A stretch of 64,000 nt of DNA from an uncultured Isosphaeraceae bacterium (GTDB taxonomy: Bacteria > Planctomycetota > Phycisphaerae > Phycisphaerales > SM1A02): NCBI GenBank assembly GCA_964598425.1, contig CAZRBV010000005.1, positions 1 to 64,000 on the forward strand. The letters run 5' to 3'. The translations under genes were made by a program, and so were the position numbers. Shown piece after piece: positions 37,859-47,219 of the stretch (the first letter of the stretch is position 1; each line of letters starts with the position of its first letter). Under the pieces are notes generated by a model. The model saw only the letters and a program-made list of their open reading frames with translations, had not been told where the DNA came from and ran no database searches.

Positions 37859-40813
37859 TTGACTACAATGGGTCGCTTTCAGGATGAACCAGCGACTCAT
37901 CGGGAGAACCCAATGGAGCAGTGTATGGCCGAGGAATTGAACCACCACCAACGCGACGCTGCAGGCCGCGGTGACGATGCTGTGTTTCTCGATCGTCACG
38001 TCGGCCCCGACGCGCGGGACCTGGCCACGATGCTGGAGGCCATCGGGTGCGCGTCTCTCGATGAGGTGATGTATGGCGCCATGCCCGATGACATCCGCAC
38101 GGCACCCGAACCATCCGCGCCTCCGTGGTCTGAAACCGAAGCGTTGAGCATGATCCGTGCCTGCGCCGATCGCAATCAGGTCGTCCGCTCGGCGATCGGA
38201 ATGGGCTATCACGACACGATCGTCCCGCCGGTGATTCAACGATCGATTCTTGAGAATCCAAATTGGTATACGCAGTACACGCCGTATCAGAGTGAGATCT
38301 CACAAGGTCGGCTGGAGGCCCTGCTGAACTACCAGACGATGGTCGCCGATCTCACCGGCCTGCCTGTTGCAAACGCATCGCTACTCGATGAGTCGACCGC
38401 TGCAGCAGAGGCAATGCTGATGTGCCGGCAGATAGCGGGCAGCAATCGATCGAAGTTCATTGTTTCGAGTACTTGCCATACACAGACTTTGGCAGTGCTG
38501 CGCGGACGCGCTGCGCCGCTCGGCATTGAGCTGCTGGAGGTGGATCTCTCGGCAGCGCTTCCCAGCTTCGACGATGCCTTCGGTGTCCTGGTGCAGTCCC
38601 CCGACACATTCGGCATCGTGCATGACTGGCGGGCACTGACGGCCGCGGCGGCCCAAGCTGGCGCCGTCCCGGTGATGTCTGCAGACCCACTCTCCCTCAC
38701 GCTGATGAGGCCCCCTGGTGAGATGGGGTTCGACATCGCGGTTGGATCAATGCAGCGGTTTGGGGTTCCGATGGGTTTCGGCGGCCCCCACGCAGCCTAT
38801 ATGGCAGTGCGGCAGCCGTACGTCCGCAAGATGCCGGGGCGACTGATCGGTGTCTCACGCGACGCCGTCGGAACGATGGCGCTTCGCATGGCGATTCAGA
38901 CTCGGGAACAGCACATTCGCCGAGATCGGGCGACAAGCAATATCTGCACCGCTCAGGTGCTGCTCGCCATCATGGCGGGGATGTACGCGGTATGGCACGG
39001 CCCCTCGGGGCTCCGTCGGATCGCCGAACGTGTGCGTACGCACACCGGGCGTTTGGCCTCCGGGCTTGAAGGGTGTGGCATATCGATCGAACAGGGGACT
39101 CGGTTCGACACGGTCACAGTTCACGCCAGCAGCGACGCAGAGGCCGATGGCATGGTGCAGCGGGCGCTTGATTCCGGATTCAATATCCGTCGGTACACGA
39201 ACCAGCCATCGATCGGTGTCTCGCTGGATGAGACGACGGTAGATCAGGACGTCGAGGCGATTTTGACTGCCATTGCACCCGGCGCGGTTCCTGGAACATG
39301 TGAACCTCTTGAAGAAGGCATGTCTCGCTCCAGCGGGTATCTGATCGATGAAGTCTTCAATTCACACCATAGTGAGACTGAGATGCTGCGCTACATCACG
39401 AGACTGCAGTCGCGTGATCTGTCGCTGGCGCACTCAATGATCCCGCTTGGGTCCTGCACCATGAAACTCAATGCAACCTCAGAGTTGATCCCGGTCAGTT
39501 GGCCTGAGTTTGCCCGCATGCACCCCTTCGCACCCCGCTCGCAGTGGTCTGGCTACGAGGAATTGATCAGCGGGCTTGAGCAGCGACTGCTGGATCTCAC
39601 AGGCTTTGACGGTGTTTCGCTGCAGCCCAACGCGGGTTCGCAGGGCGAGTATGCGGGGCTGCTGACAATCAGCGCCTGGCATCGTTCCCGCGGAGACGAT
39701 GACCGCCGTGTGTGCCTGATTCCCATGTCGGCGCACGGAACGAACCCCGCAAGCGCTGTGATGGCCGGGTTTGAAGTTGTTCCGGTGTCGTGCGATGACG
39801 GTGATATCTCACTTGTCGATCTTGAAGCGAAGATAGAGGTCCACCGTGATCGACTCGGCGCCATCATGATCACCTACCCATCGACACACGGTGTGTTTGA
39901 GGGGACGATTCGCCACATTTGCGAACGTGTGCATGAGGCTGGCGGGCAGGTCTATCTGGACGGGGCCAATCTCAATGCGATGCTTGGGCACGCAAGGCCG
40001 GGCGATATCGGTGCGGATGTGTGCCATCTGAATCTCCACAAGACGTTTGCCATTCCGCATGGCGGCGGGGGCCCTGGCGTCGGGCCAATTGTCGCGGCGG
40101 CGCATTTGTGCCCATTCCTGCCGGGCCATCCGGTCGTGTCGCCGTCCAGGTCGGAGGGTCAGGCGATCGAACCGGTCTCTGGGGCACCGTGGGGCAGTGC
40201 CAGCATCCTTCCGGTGTCATGGATGTACATCATGATGATGGGGGACATTGGTCTGGCCCACGCCTCTTCGGTGGCCGTGCTTGCGGCAAACTACATGGCA
40301 AAGCGACTGGAGTCGCACTACGACGTGTTGTTCCGCAACGAGGTTGGTTTCTGCGCTCATGAATTCATCATCGACCTTCGTCCGTTTGATCGCAGTGCCG
40401 GCATCAAGCCCGACGATGTCGCGAAGCGGCTCATGGATTATGGATTCCACGCGCCGACCATGTCGTGGCCTGTCGCGGGGACGCTCATGATTGAGCCGAC
40501 AGAGAGCGAATCGCTCGCCGAACTTGATCGATACTGTGACGCCTTGATCGCGATCCGCGGCGAGATCGCGGCGATTGAATCCGGTGAAGCCGACCGAGAA
40601 GACAATGTTCTACGGAACGCGCCGCACTCGCTTCAGGTGATGACGGCCGATACATGGTCGCACCCGTACAGCAGATCCCAGGCAGCGTGGCCTTTGTCCT
40701 GGCTGCGGCAGCGCAAGTTCTGGCCGCCGGTAGCGCGAGTAGACAATCCGTGGGGTGATCGCAATCTGGCATGCACGTGTGCCGGAATGGCAGAGTACGA
40801 GTCGACTGAGTGA
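37859..40813 (+). CDS. gcvP: Glycine dehydrogenase (decarboxylating), glycine cleavage system P protein, single-chain form
   Basis: Collinear with GcvP along its whole length: FLDRHVGPD, NPNWYTQYTPYQSEISQGRLEALLNYQTM, the PLP-Lys region NLHKTFAIPHGGGGPGVGPI, and the C-terminal ACTCAG...E. The true start may be ATG 37913 or 37925. Confidence 0.92.
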   Translation: MTTMGRFQDEPATHRENPMEQCMAEELNHHQRDAAGRGDDAVFLDRHVGPDARDLATMLEAIGCASLDEVMYGAMPDDIRTAPEPSAPPWSETEALSMIRACADRNQVVRSAIGMGYHDTIVPPVIQRSILENPNWYTQYTPYQSEISQGRLEALLNYQTMVADLTGLPVANASLLDESTAAAEAMLMCRQIAGSNRSKFIVSSTCHTQTLAVLRGRAAPLGIELLEVDLSAALPSFDDAFGVLVQSPDTFGIVHDWRALTAAAAQAGAVPVMSADPLSLTLMRPPGEMGFDIAVGSMQRFGVPMGFGGPHAAYMAVRQPYVRKMPGRLIGVSRDAVGTMALRMAIQTREQHIRRDRATSNICTAQVLLAIMAGMYAVWHGPSGLRRIAERVRTHTGRLASGLEGCGISIEQGTRFDTVTVHASSDAEADGMVQRALDSGFNIRRYTNQPSIGVSLDETTVDQDVEAILTAIAPGAVPGTCEPLEEGMSRSSGYLIDEVFNSHHSETEMLRYITRLQSRDLSLAHSMIPLGSCTMKLNATSELIPVSWPEFARMHPFAPRSQWSGYEELISGLEQRLLDLTGFDGVSLQPNAGSQGEYAGLLTISAWHRSRGDDDRRVCLIPMSAHGTNPASAVMAGFEVVPVSCDDGDISLVDLEAKIEVHRDRLGAIMITYPSTHGVFEGTIRHICERVHEAGGQVYLDGANLNAMLGHARPGDIGADVCHLNLHKTFAIPHGGGGPGVGPIVAAAHLCPFLPGHPVVSPSRSEGQAIEPVSGAPWGSASILPVSWMYIMMMGDIGLAHASSVAVLAANYMAKRLESHYDVLFRNEVGFCAHEFIIDLRPFDRSAGIKPDDVAKRLMDYGFHAPTMSWPVAGTLMIEPTESESLAELDRYCDALIAIRGEIAAIESGEADREDNVLRNAPHSLQVMTADTWSHPYSRSQAAWPLSWLRQRKFWPPVARVDNPWGDRNLACTCAGMAEYESTE

Positions 40814-40831
40814 GCGGCGCGGCCGGTGAAT

Positions 40832-42040
40832 CTACCCGTGCAGGATCCGCAACCGGATCGTTTCAGGCATTGCGGAGATTCGTTTCTCCATGACGCTTCG
40901 ATCAATCGGATCGACATCGAGAATGACGTACGACAGTTCGCCCTGACTCTGAAGGTATTCGGCGTGAATGTTCGCGCCTGACTCGGCGATGATTGCGTGC
41001 AGGCCGCTGAGTACGCCCGGCACATTCTTATGAAAGTGCAGGATCCGGCAGTGGTCCGGATGATGGTCCGGGAGATCAACTTCTGGAATATTGACCGCCG
41101 AAGTCGTGGTCCCGGTTTCTTTGAACCGCTGCAGCTTGCGAGCAACGTCCTCTGCGATCTGAGCCTGCGCTTCTTCGGTGCTGCCACCGACGTGGGGCGT
41201 GAGAATCACATTGGGAATCCCTGCAAGGGGGCAGGCAAAGGCTTCGTCGTTGGAGCGGGGCTCCTCTGGGAAAACGTCCAGGGCGGCGCCGCCAACATGA
41301 CCCGATGAAATGGACTCGGCAAGGGCATCGAGATCGACCACACTTCCCCTCGCATTGTTGATGATGGACGCGCCGGGTTTCATTTTCTGCAGCTGAGCAG
41401 GGCCGATGAGATGACGCGTCACTGGCGTGGCAGGCACATGCAGAGTGACAACATCGGACGAAGCGAGCAACTCGTCAAGCGAGGCGCATGCCTGTGCGTT
41501 CCCCAGTGCCATGCGGGGAAGGATGTCGTAGTACATCACCCGCATACCGAATGCTTCAGCGAGCACCGAGACTTGCGAACCAATGTGGCCGTACCCGACG
41601 ATCCCGACTGTGCGGCCCCGCACTTCGTGGGCACCAGAGGCGGACTTGCGCCAATGACCGCCGTGAAGCTCCATCGATCGATCAATCAGCTTGCGGTTCA
41701 GGGCGATGATTTCTGCGATCGTGATCTCGGCGACGCTTCTGGTATTTGAAAAGGGCGAGTTGAATACTGCGATACCTGCAGCCGCGGCCGCGTTGAGGTC
41801 CACCTGATTGGTTCCGATGCAGAAACATCCGATTGCCTCAAGGGACGGCACCGCGGCGACTACTTCGGCGGGAACACGGCTCTTGGATCGAATCCCCAGA
41901 AATCGAACGCCCTGCAGCGCATCGATCAGGGCGTCGCCAGTCAGTGCGGTGTCGATTCGCTCAACTGTCATTCCTGCGACGGACAGTCCATCGTCGGCGT
42001 GCGAATGGATGCGTTCAAGAAGCAGCGCGTCGGCGGCCAT
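40832..42040 (-). CDS. serA: D-3-phosphoglycerate dehydrogenase with C-terminal ACT domain
   Basis: 2-hydroxyacid dehydrogenase NAD-binding region (GIVGYGHIGSQV). The ~400-aa length and ACT-like C-terminus (ILHFHKNVPGVLSGLHAIIAESGANI) match the long SerA form. Confidence 0.88.
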   Translation of the reverse strand: MAADALLLERIHSHADDGLSVAGMTVERIDTALTGDALIDALQGVRFLGIRSKSRVPAEVVAAVPSLEAIGCFCIGTNQVDLNAAAAAGIAVFNSPFSNTRSVAEITIAEIIALNRKLIDRSMELHGGHWRKSASGAHEVRGRTVGIVGYGHIGSQVSVLAEAFGMRVMYYDILPRMALGNAQACASLDELLASSDVVTLHVPATPVTRHLIGPAQLQKMKPGASIINNARGSVVDLDALAESISSGHVGGAALDVFPEEPRSNDEAFACPLAGIPNVILTPHVGGSTEEAQAQIAEDVARKLQRFKETGTTTSAVNIPEVDLPDHHPDHCRILHFHKNVPGVLSGLHAIIAESGANIHAEYLQSQGELSYVILDVDPIDRSVMEKRISAMPETIRLRILHG

Positions 42041-42041
42041 G

Positions 42042-43997
42042 TCAGGAATGCTCCCTCAGTCGTGTGCATGCAGCGAGGGCGTCTTCACCCAGTACCGTGG
42101 CATCGATTCCGGACCCCACAGCTATTCGCATCCAGGCATCCGGCGTGACTTGCCCGATGGCGCAGATGCGATGGGTTTCTGCTGACAGATCCCGACCATG
42201 CACATGTGTCCGAATCTGGTGGCTGATGATGTGTCCAAGCGCATAGTCGGCCAAGTAAAGCGGATACCCGATCATGTGCTGGTATGCGGCGAGTGTTGCG
42301 TAGGGGTCCGCTCCGAGGTACTCGGCGTAGTACCGCGTCCACAGGTCATCAGCGATGCGGAGCACTTCTTCGCGGAGCGACTCGGCACGTGCTGTCGGGT
42401 TTGCGTAGAGCCATCTCCATGCGTGCAGTTCCAGCAGCGCCGGACCAGCAATCTGGCAGGCCTCGAGCATTGTCTGGGCAGCGGCATAATCGGCATCGCG
42501 CTGCGAGTCGACTTCGATACCGAGAACCCGTGGTGCCAGCGCTTGGTACAAGAACGCGAATGCCTCGGTACAGGCAGTGTTTGGAACGCCGCGAAGCGCG
42601 GGCCGGGGAACAAAGTGGGTGGAGCAGAGTTGTTCCAGATTATGCCCAAGCTCGTGCATGGCCGTATCGAAACCATCCCATCCGAGTTGATCATCGAGGC
42701 TGTTTGTTCGAAGCCATGCGTTGTATTCAGGGAGACGGGGCCTCATGGCATGGCCCGCTCCACGGGCGATCTCCACTTGAACACGGCTTCCAAGGAAGTT
42801 GGCAGCGCCAAGGGGGAATCCGAGCCCGGTCAGCACCTCGGGCAGCGCGAGTTGGAGGCCTCGGTGATCACCGAACTTCGCCTTGACTAAGGCGTTCAAC
42901 TCGTCAACGGGCTGTGATGGCACGATCTCATCGAAGTAGATGTCATGGGCTTCCGGTTGGCGGCCGAGTCGATCGGCGACCAGCTCAGTCAAGGGTCCAC
43001 GGGCGGGCGACTCAAGCAGGTCGAGCAGGAGACGCTCAACTGTCATCTCAGGAATCTCCCGGTTCAGATCGAACTTCCGCGCGATGGCGGTCGGATGCTC
43101 TGTGTAATGTTCGTCGTACGCCTTGGCGACGGTAAACATGTCGATCCATCGTTCGTATCGTTCGAGTCCGACCAACTCGCCGGGATCGCTTCCAGCGACT
43201 GTGTTGTCCTTTGGATTCCAGTCGCCAGTGTCCTCGCCATCCATGACGGATTTTGGAATTGTCCCGTCGATGTGACGCCGCATCACCCACATGAGTGCCC
43301 GCTGCGTTTCGAGACCACTGTCATCGGCGTAGCCGCCGCGAATCTCCTCACGAATAAGCCAGTGGGCGAGAAGCTTCCTGTCAGGCTCGAAGGATCGTGT
43401 TCCGTCCGCTGTGACGAGTGTGCCTACCGGAACGTGGAAACCGGATACGAATGTGTCCGCGCGGTGCCCGAGTTCACGGGCGAGATCCGCGACATCTGCC
43501 GGAATGCGAGGACCGAATGATCGGCAGATACGTACAGCGGCCCACTGATCGGCGTCCCATGAGTCGCCGTCTGCCAGCATCGTGTCGAGGTCCGGTCGGT
43601 CGAGATTCAACAGGGCCACAAATGCCAGCTGTTGACGATACAACTGATCGCTCAGATCTGGAGCCGGGTCGAAGGTCGCCAGAATGTCGTCAACCTCGTC
43701 CATTCGCTCGCCTCGGAGATCGGACCAGCGGCGGAGGGTGCGGCGCATTTCGTAGAGGTGGCCGCCGATCTGATCCAAGGCGATCTCCAGCCGATCAACC
43801 AGCGCCTCCAGCTTGCATGCATCGGCGACGAAGTGGTCAAGGCAAAACGCACGCATGGCTTTTTCGTCGCCGTCTTCATCACGCCACCGCTGGCGAACGC
43901 GGTCTATTCCCCTGGATGCCCGCTCTCGGGAGGCTTCGCCATGCCTGGAGACCATCTCATCGAGCAGTGTGGTGGTTGTCGCTGTGCCTGTTGTCAT
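42042..43997 (-). CDS. Zinc metallopeptidase with HEXXH motif (M2/M3-like dipeptidyl-carboxypeptidase/oligopeptidase fold)
   Basis: A single HELGH is followed ~26 aa later by TEAFAF (candidate third Zn ligand Glu), spacing reminiscent of the M2 family. The 650-aa size fits. The stop is 1 nt from the serA start. Confidence 0.6.
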   Translation of the reverse strand: MTTGTATTTTLLDEMVSRHGEASRERASRGIDRVRQRWRDEDGDEKAMRAFCLDHFVADACKLEALVDRLEIALDQIGGHLYEMRRTLRRWSDLRGERMDEVDDILATFDPAPDLSDQLYRQQLAFVALLNLDRPDLDTMLADGDSWDADQWAAVRICRSFGPRIPADVADLARELGHRADTFVSGFHVPVGTLVTADGTRSFEPDRKLLAHWLIREEIRGGYADDSGLETQRALMWVMRRHIDGTIPKSVMDGEDTGDWNPKDNTVAGSDPGELVGLERYERWIDMFTVAKAYDEHYTEHPTAIARKFDLNREIPEMTVERLLLDLLESPARGPLTELVADRLGRQPEAHDIYFDEIVPSQPVDELNALVKAKFGDHRGLQLALPEVLTGLGFPLGAANFLGSRVQVEIARGAGHAMRPRLPEYNAWLRTNSLDDQLGWDGFDTAMHELGHNLEQLCSTHFVPRPALRGVPNTACTEAFAFLYQALAPRVLGIEVDSQRDADYAAAQTMLEACQIAGPALLELHAWRWLYANPTARAESLREEVLRIADDLWTRYYAEYLGADPYATLAAYQHMIGYPLYLADYALGHIISHQIRTHVHGRDLSAETHRICAIGQVTPDAWMRIAVGSGIDATVLGEDALAACTRLREHS

Positions 43998-44040
43998 ATG
44001 GCGGATTCTACGGTCCGCAGCGATTCAGTACACTCGGGCG

Positions 44041-44496
44041 ATGAAGACTCCTCGCAGCGTTTCCACCCTGGTCGTCGGTCTGCTGATCTCGATGCTCTAC
44101 GGGAGTTGTCTCGTGGCATGTAGCTCAGGTTCGGGTCGTTCCGGAACCTCGCGGCATCGCGGCGGGAATGAAGTCGTGGTCGGGCTTGCTGAGGGTGGCG
44201 GTGTGATCGAACTCTCGATTGGGCAGCTGCTGCTCGTGGAGCTTCCCGAGTCACCAAGCTCGGGCCGGGTTTGGCAGATGGTGCGCCGCCCTGATCCCGC
44301 CGTCCTGATGGCGGATGGAAACAGGTACGAGCAGACCGAGGCGGAGAAAGCGGCCGGGGATCTTGTTGGCACGCAGCAGCTTCGGTTCAAGGCGGTTGGG
44401 CCGGGTGAGGCCATTCTCAGTCTGGCCATGGTGCGGCCAGGCGCCGGGCTCGCGCCAAGTGATGAGCGATGGATGGGGCAGATAATCGTCCGGTGA
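44041..44496 (+). CDS. Chagasin-family (MEROPS I42-like) cysteine-peptidase inhibitor lipoprotein
   Basis: Lipobox LVACSSG. LSIGQLLLVELPESPSSGRVWQMV parallels chagasin's VAVGELVEIQLPSNPTTGFAWYF. LRFKAVGPGEAILSLAMVRPGAG...SDERWMGQIIV parallels HFHVTVKAAGTHAVNLTYMRPWTGPSHDSERFTVYL. Confidence 0.5.
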   Translation: MKTPRSVSTLVVGLLISMLYGSCLVACSSGSGRSGTSRHRGGNEVVVGLAEGGGVIELSIGQLLLVELPESPSSGRVWQMVRRPDPAVLMADGNRYEQTEAEKAAGDLVGTQQLRFKAVGPGEAILSLAMVRPGAGLAPSDERWMGQIIVR

Positions 44497-44499
44497 TGC

Positions 44500-46080
44500 T
44501 CACTCGTCTGGGGAGCGGTGCACCATGGAGTCGAGCATCGTGCCAATGAGCGCCGTGGTTTCACCGGTTGATCCCTGCGTGTCACCTACGACCATGACAC
44601 GCGGCGTGATTTCGATGTTGCCCTCACCGATGATCTGAAGCAGTTCCAGCAGCGCGGCGTTCTGCTTGCCGATTTCCATCGCGAGTTTGCGGAACTGCTC
44701 TGCCTGCGCTTCCGCCTTGATGCGAATGGCCTCGGCTTCAGCGCTTGCTTCGATGAGACGCTTCTCCTTGGCTTGCTCGGCGATTTTCACGCCGTACGTG
44801 GCAGTTGCCAGGTTGGACTCCTCGTCGGCTTCCTGCTGCGTTCGGCTCAGTGCCTTTTGCTGCTCGGCAGCTCGTTGCTGTTCTTGGAACGTCATCTGTT
44901 CCTGCAGCGCGATTTCTCGATCGGTCTGTGTCTTGAGTAGCTCTCCCAGAGACGCCTCGTCGCCAATCTGGCCGATCCGGACGGCATTGACCGACACGCC
45001 GACCTTGCCCATGGCTTCGCGGATCGTGCCGGTGCTTGCGGCCTCCTGTTGGGAGCGCTGCTGCACGTAGTCGAGTGCTTTGACGTTCTCCGCGTTGTTG
45101 CGGAAGATCGCCCGAACCACCGAGGCGAGATACTGCTGCAACTTCGAGTCATCGCCACCGAATTCCGCGACAACCTGTGCGGCATCCAGAGGTCTGATCT
45201 GAAACTCGACACGAACATCGACGGGAAAGGTGAAACCATCAGACGTGCGGACCTCGATCTCGCGACCATCTGAGCCCTGCACGGCCTCTGCAGTGATGCC
45301 GTATCGGATGATCTGCTGCTCTGTTGAGATCATCGTGACCTCATAGGCCTTGCTGTTCAGATAGATTTTGTTCGGCAGCAGCGGATCTCGCCAGATCCCC
45401 CGTTGACCACGATTGACGATGGCGGCGCTGCCGTCCTCTGCGGAGTCAGCGGCGTCGCCGACGTTGGACTTGACGATGCCAACGGTTGCCTTCGGAATAT
45501 TTGTGGCGTCGGTGAGTTCGATGTCAAAGAGTCTCGTGTTGAGTCGATAATTGCCCGGCTTCAGGACTGAAGCCTGGGGGCCGCGATTGCCGGCACCGGC
45601 GCCGAGAAAGTGCTCGGCGAGAAGCATCTTGCCGGGTTCGTCCCACTCTGCTGCAAAGGCTTGCCCGGTTGGCAGAGGCTGTCCGTCGAGCGCGGTAATC
45701 AGCCCAACCTGATCACTGCCGACCTGCACGATCGGTACAACCTCGATGTCATAGAGCCCGGGCCACAACCAGAAGTGCCAGCCCGGGCCGAGGACACGTG
45801 CTTGCGGTCCTTTCTGGCCGTCGGTTGCGATGATCGTTCCGCCCGGAAGCTCTGGCCCATAGTGTTTGATGACGACGCCGACTTCGTCTTCAGAGACATG
45901 TCGTACTGAGCTGAACAACACGAACAGGAACAGCACGAGGAGCGCCCCGACCGACCCGGCGATCTTGACTCCGGGACTGGAAGACGACATGGCCCATACA
46001 AAGACAGCAATTGCAGCGACGATACCGATGAGCAACAGCAACATGGCCATGTGGATTCTCCTCCTGTGAGGCGTCCGCAA
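44500..46080 (-). CDS. SPFH/band-7 family protein, flotillin-like, with C-terminal coiled coil
   Basis: N-terminal TM, then an SPFH core (VRHVSEDEVGVVIKHYGPEL...), then an EA-rich coiled coil (QEQQRAAEQQKALSRTQQEADEE...AEAEAIRIKAEAQAEQFRKLA). The likely start is ATG 46050 (MAMLLLLIG). Confidence 0.7.
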   Translation of the reverse strand: MRTPHRRRIHMAMLLLLIGIVAAIAVFVWAMSSSSPGVKIAGSVGALLVLFLFVLFSSVRHVSEDEVGVVIKHYGPELPGGTIIATDGQKGPQARVLGPGWHFWLWPGLYDIEVVPIVQVGSDQVGLITALDGQPLPTGQAFAAEWDEPGKMLLAEHFLGAGAGNRGPQASVLKPGNYRLNTRLFDIELTDATNIPKATVGIVKSNVGDAADSAEDGSAAIVNRGQRGIWRDPLLPNKIYLNSKAYEVTMISTEQQIIRYGITAEAVQGSDGREIEVRTSDGFTFPVDVRVEFQIRPLDAAQVVAEFGGDDSKLQQYLASVVRAIFRNNAENVKALDYVQQRSQQEAASTGTIREAMGKVGVSVNAVRIGQIGDEASLGELLKTQTDREIALQEQMTFQEQQRAAEQQKALSRTQQEADEESNLATATYGVKIAEQAKEKRLIEASAEAEAIRIKAEAQAEQFRKLAMEIGKQNAALLELLQIIGEGNIEITPRVMVVGDTQGSTGETTALIGTMLDSMVHRSPDE

Positions 46081-46170
46081 ACGCCCTGCATGCTCGCAGG
46101 ATACTTGGGATTCGATCGAGGCCGCTTTCAGCTCCGAATGGTCAGCAGGGGCTGCTCGGGGGGCTGAAAC

Positions 46171-47124
46171 TCAGGGAATTGACGGCGCCCAATCGGGATG
46201 GGTTGCCGCATCGGCCCATCGCTGCATATCGCTGAGCGCCTCAAATGGCTGCACCGCCACATGGCCGTCTGGGGCGGCGATGAGACACTTGCCGTTGTGT
46301 CTCGTGGAGAGAAAGCCGCCGACTTGCTCGGGCGACGATCCTGAGGTTGGATGTTGAAATGTGCCGTTGGGTGCGACGCTCCATCGCGGAGCACTTCCAC
46401 CTGCTGCCGGTTTCCACGGTGGCGCGAGTCGCCAATAGCCCTCGACGGTGCGTTCGGCGGCGTTGTCCTGGAACAAGCCTCGGCTTGACGCAAAGGCGAT
46501 GAGCTGAGCGGGCTGCCGCAATCTGGAAATGGACTCGGCATAGAACGGGCGGGCGCCATCGTCCTGCGAGCGGACGTACTCGCTGAGTGTCCACGTATCG
46601 CACGCATTGGACTGACGTCCACCGAGATAGTCGGTGTTCAATCCAAAGGACGGGTGTAGCGTCGTGATGTACACGCCGTCAGCAGGGTCGGGCGCATGAG
46701 CGATCGTGTTTTCCCAGAATTGCTGCTGCGCGCCTGCCCACAGCGTGTGTCCCGGATCGTCGAGGTACGGAGTGAGCCGCCAGATCCACCGCCGCCGAGC
46801 GATGTCTGGAATGGGCGTGCCATTCCAGACAGTCGGCGACTCAGACCCCGGCAAGGGCTCGGAATTGTGAAGTTGACCCGGAAGCAATCGGCCGGAGTGA
46901 TCCGTACTCCATGCTCGCCATGCTGCCACGACGCCACGCGCCGCGCTCCGCTCTTCGGTGCTGGCGGCGGACTGCGAGATTGAGTTGGCAGCGGGCAGAA
47001 TGATGGCTGCCAGGGTGCCGAGGATCGCAACAACCACCATCAGCTCGATGAGGGTGAAGCCGCCGCGGCACCGCATCCGAAGATTCACCTGATACATAGA
47101 TCTGCAACTCCCTGTTATCCCCAA
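46171..47124 (-). CDS. Prepilin-type N-terminal cleavage/methylation domain protein with DUF1559-like C-terminal domain (planctomycete pseudopilin-like family)
   Basis: GFTLIELMVVVAILG is the class III signal / N-methylation motif. The C-terminal LSTRHNGKCLIAAPDGHV resembles the H-x-GG-N-x-x-F-x-DGHV motif of DUF1559 proteins. Confidence 0.75.
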   Translation of the reverse strand: MGITGSCRSMYQVNLRMRCRGGFTLIELMVVVAILGTLAAIILPAANSISQSAASTEERSAARGVVAAWRAWSTDHSGRLLPGQLHNSEPLPGSESPTVWNGTPIPDIARRRWIWRLTPYLDDPGHTLWAGAQQQFWENTIAHAPDPADGVYITTLHPSFGLNTDYLGGRQSNACDTWTLSEYVRSQDDGARPFYAESISRLRQPAQLIAFASSRGLFQDNAAERTVEGYWRLAPPWKPAAGGSAPRWSVAPNGTFQHPTSGSSPEQVGGFLSTRHNGKCLIAAPDGHVAVQPFEALSDMQRWADAATHPDWAPSIP

Positions 47125-47219
47125 TTCTAGCGGATCACTGGCGGATGGTATTGCTATTGCGAGCCAATTGCAATAGGATCCCCATCTTGATCAGGAGTTT
47201 TTGAGGACACCAACCCCCC

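Noticed and set aside
37840-37930. Possible glycine riboswitch upstream of gcvP
   Set aside because: Only 13 nt separate the MBL hydrolase stop from the first gcvP ATG, with no space for a ~100-nt aptamer. The upstream sequence is coding.
40633-41187. 184-aa minus ORF spanning the gcvP/serA junction
   Set aside because: It overlaps the 3' end of gcvP and the 3' end of serA in another frame, and both of those have strong whole-length homology patterns.
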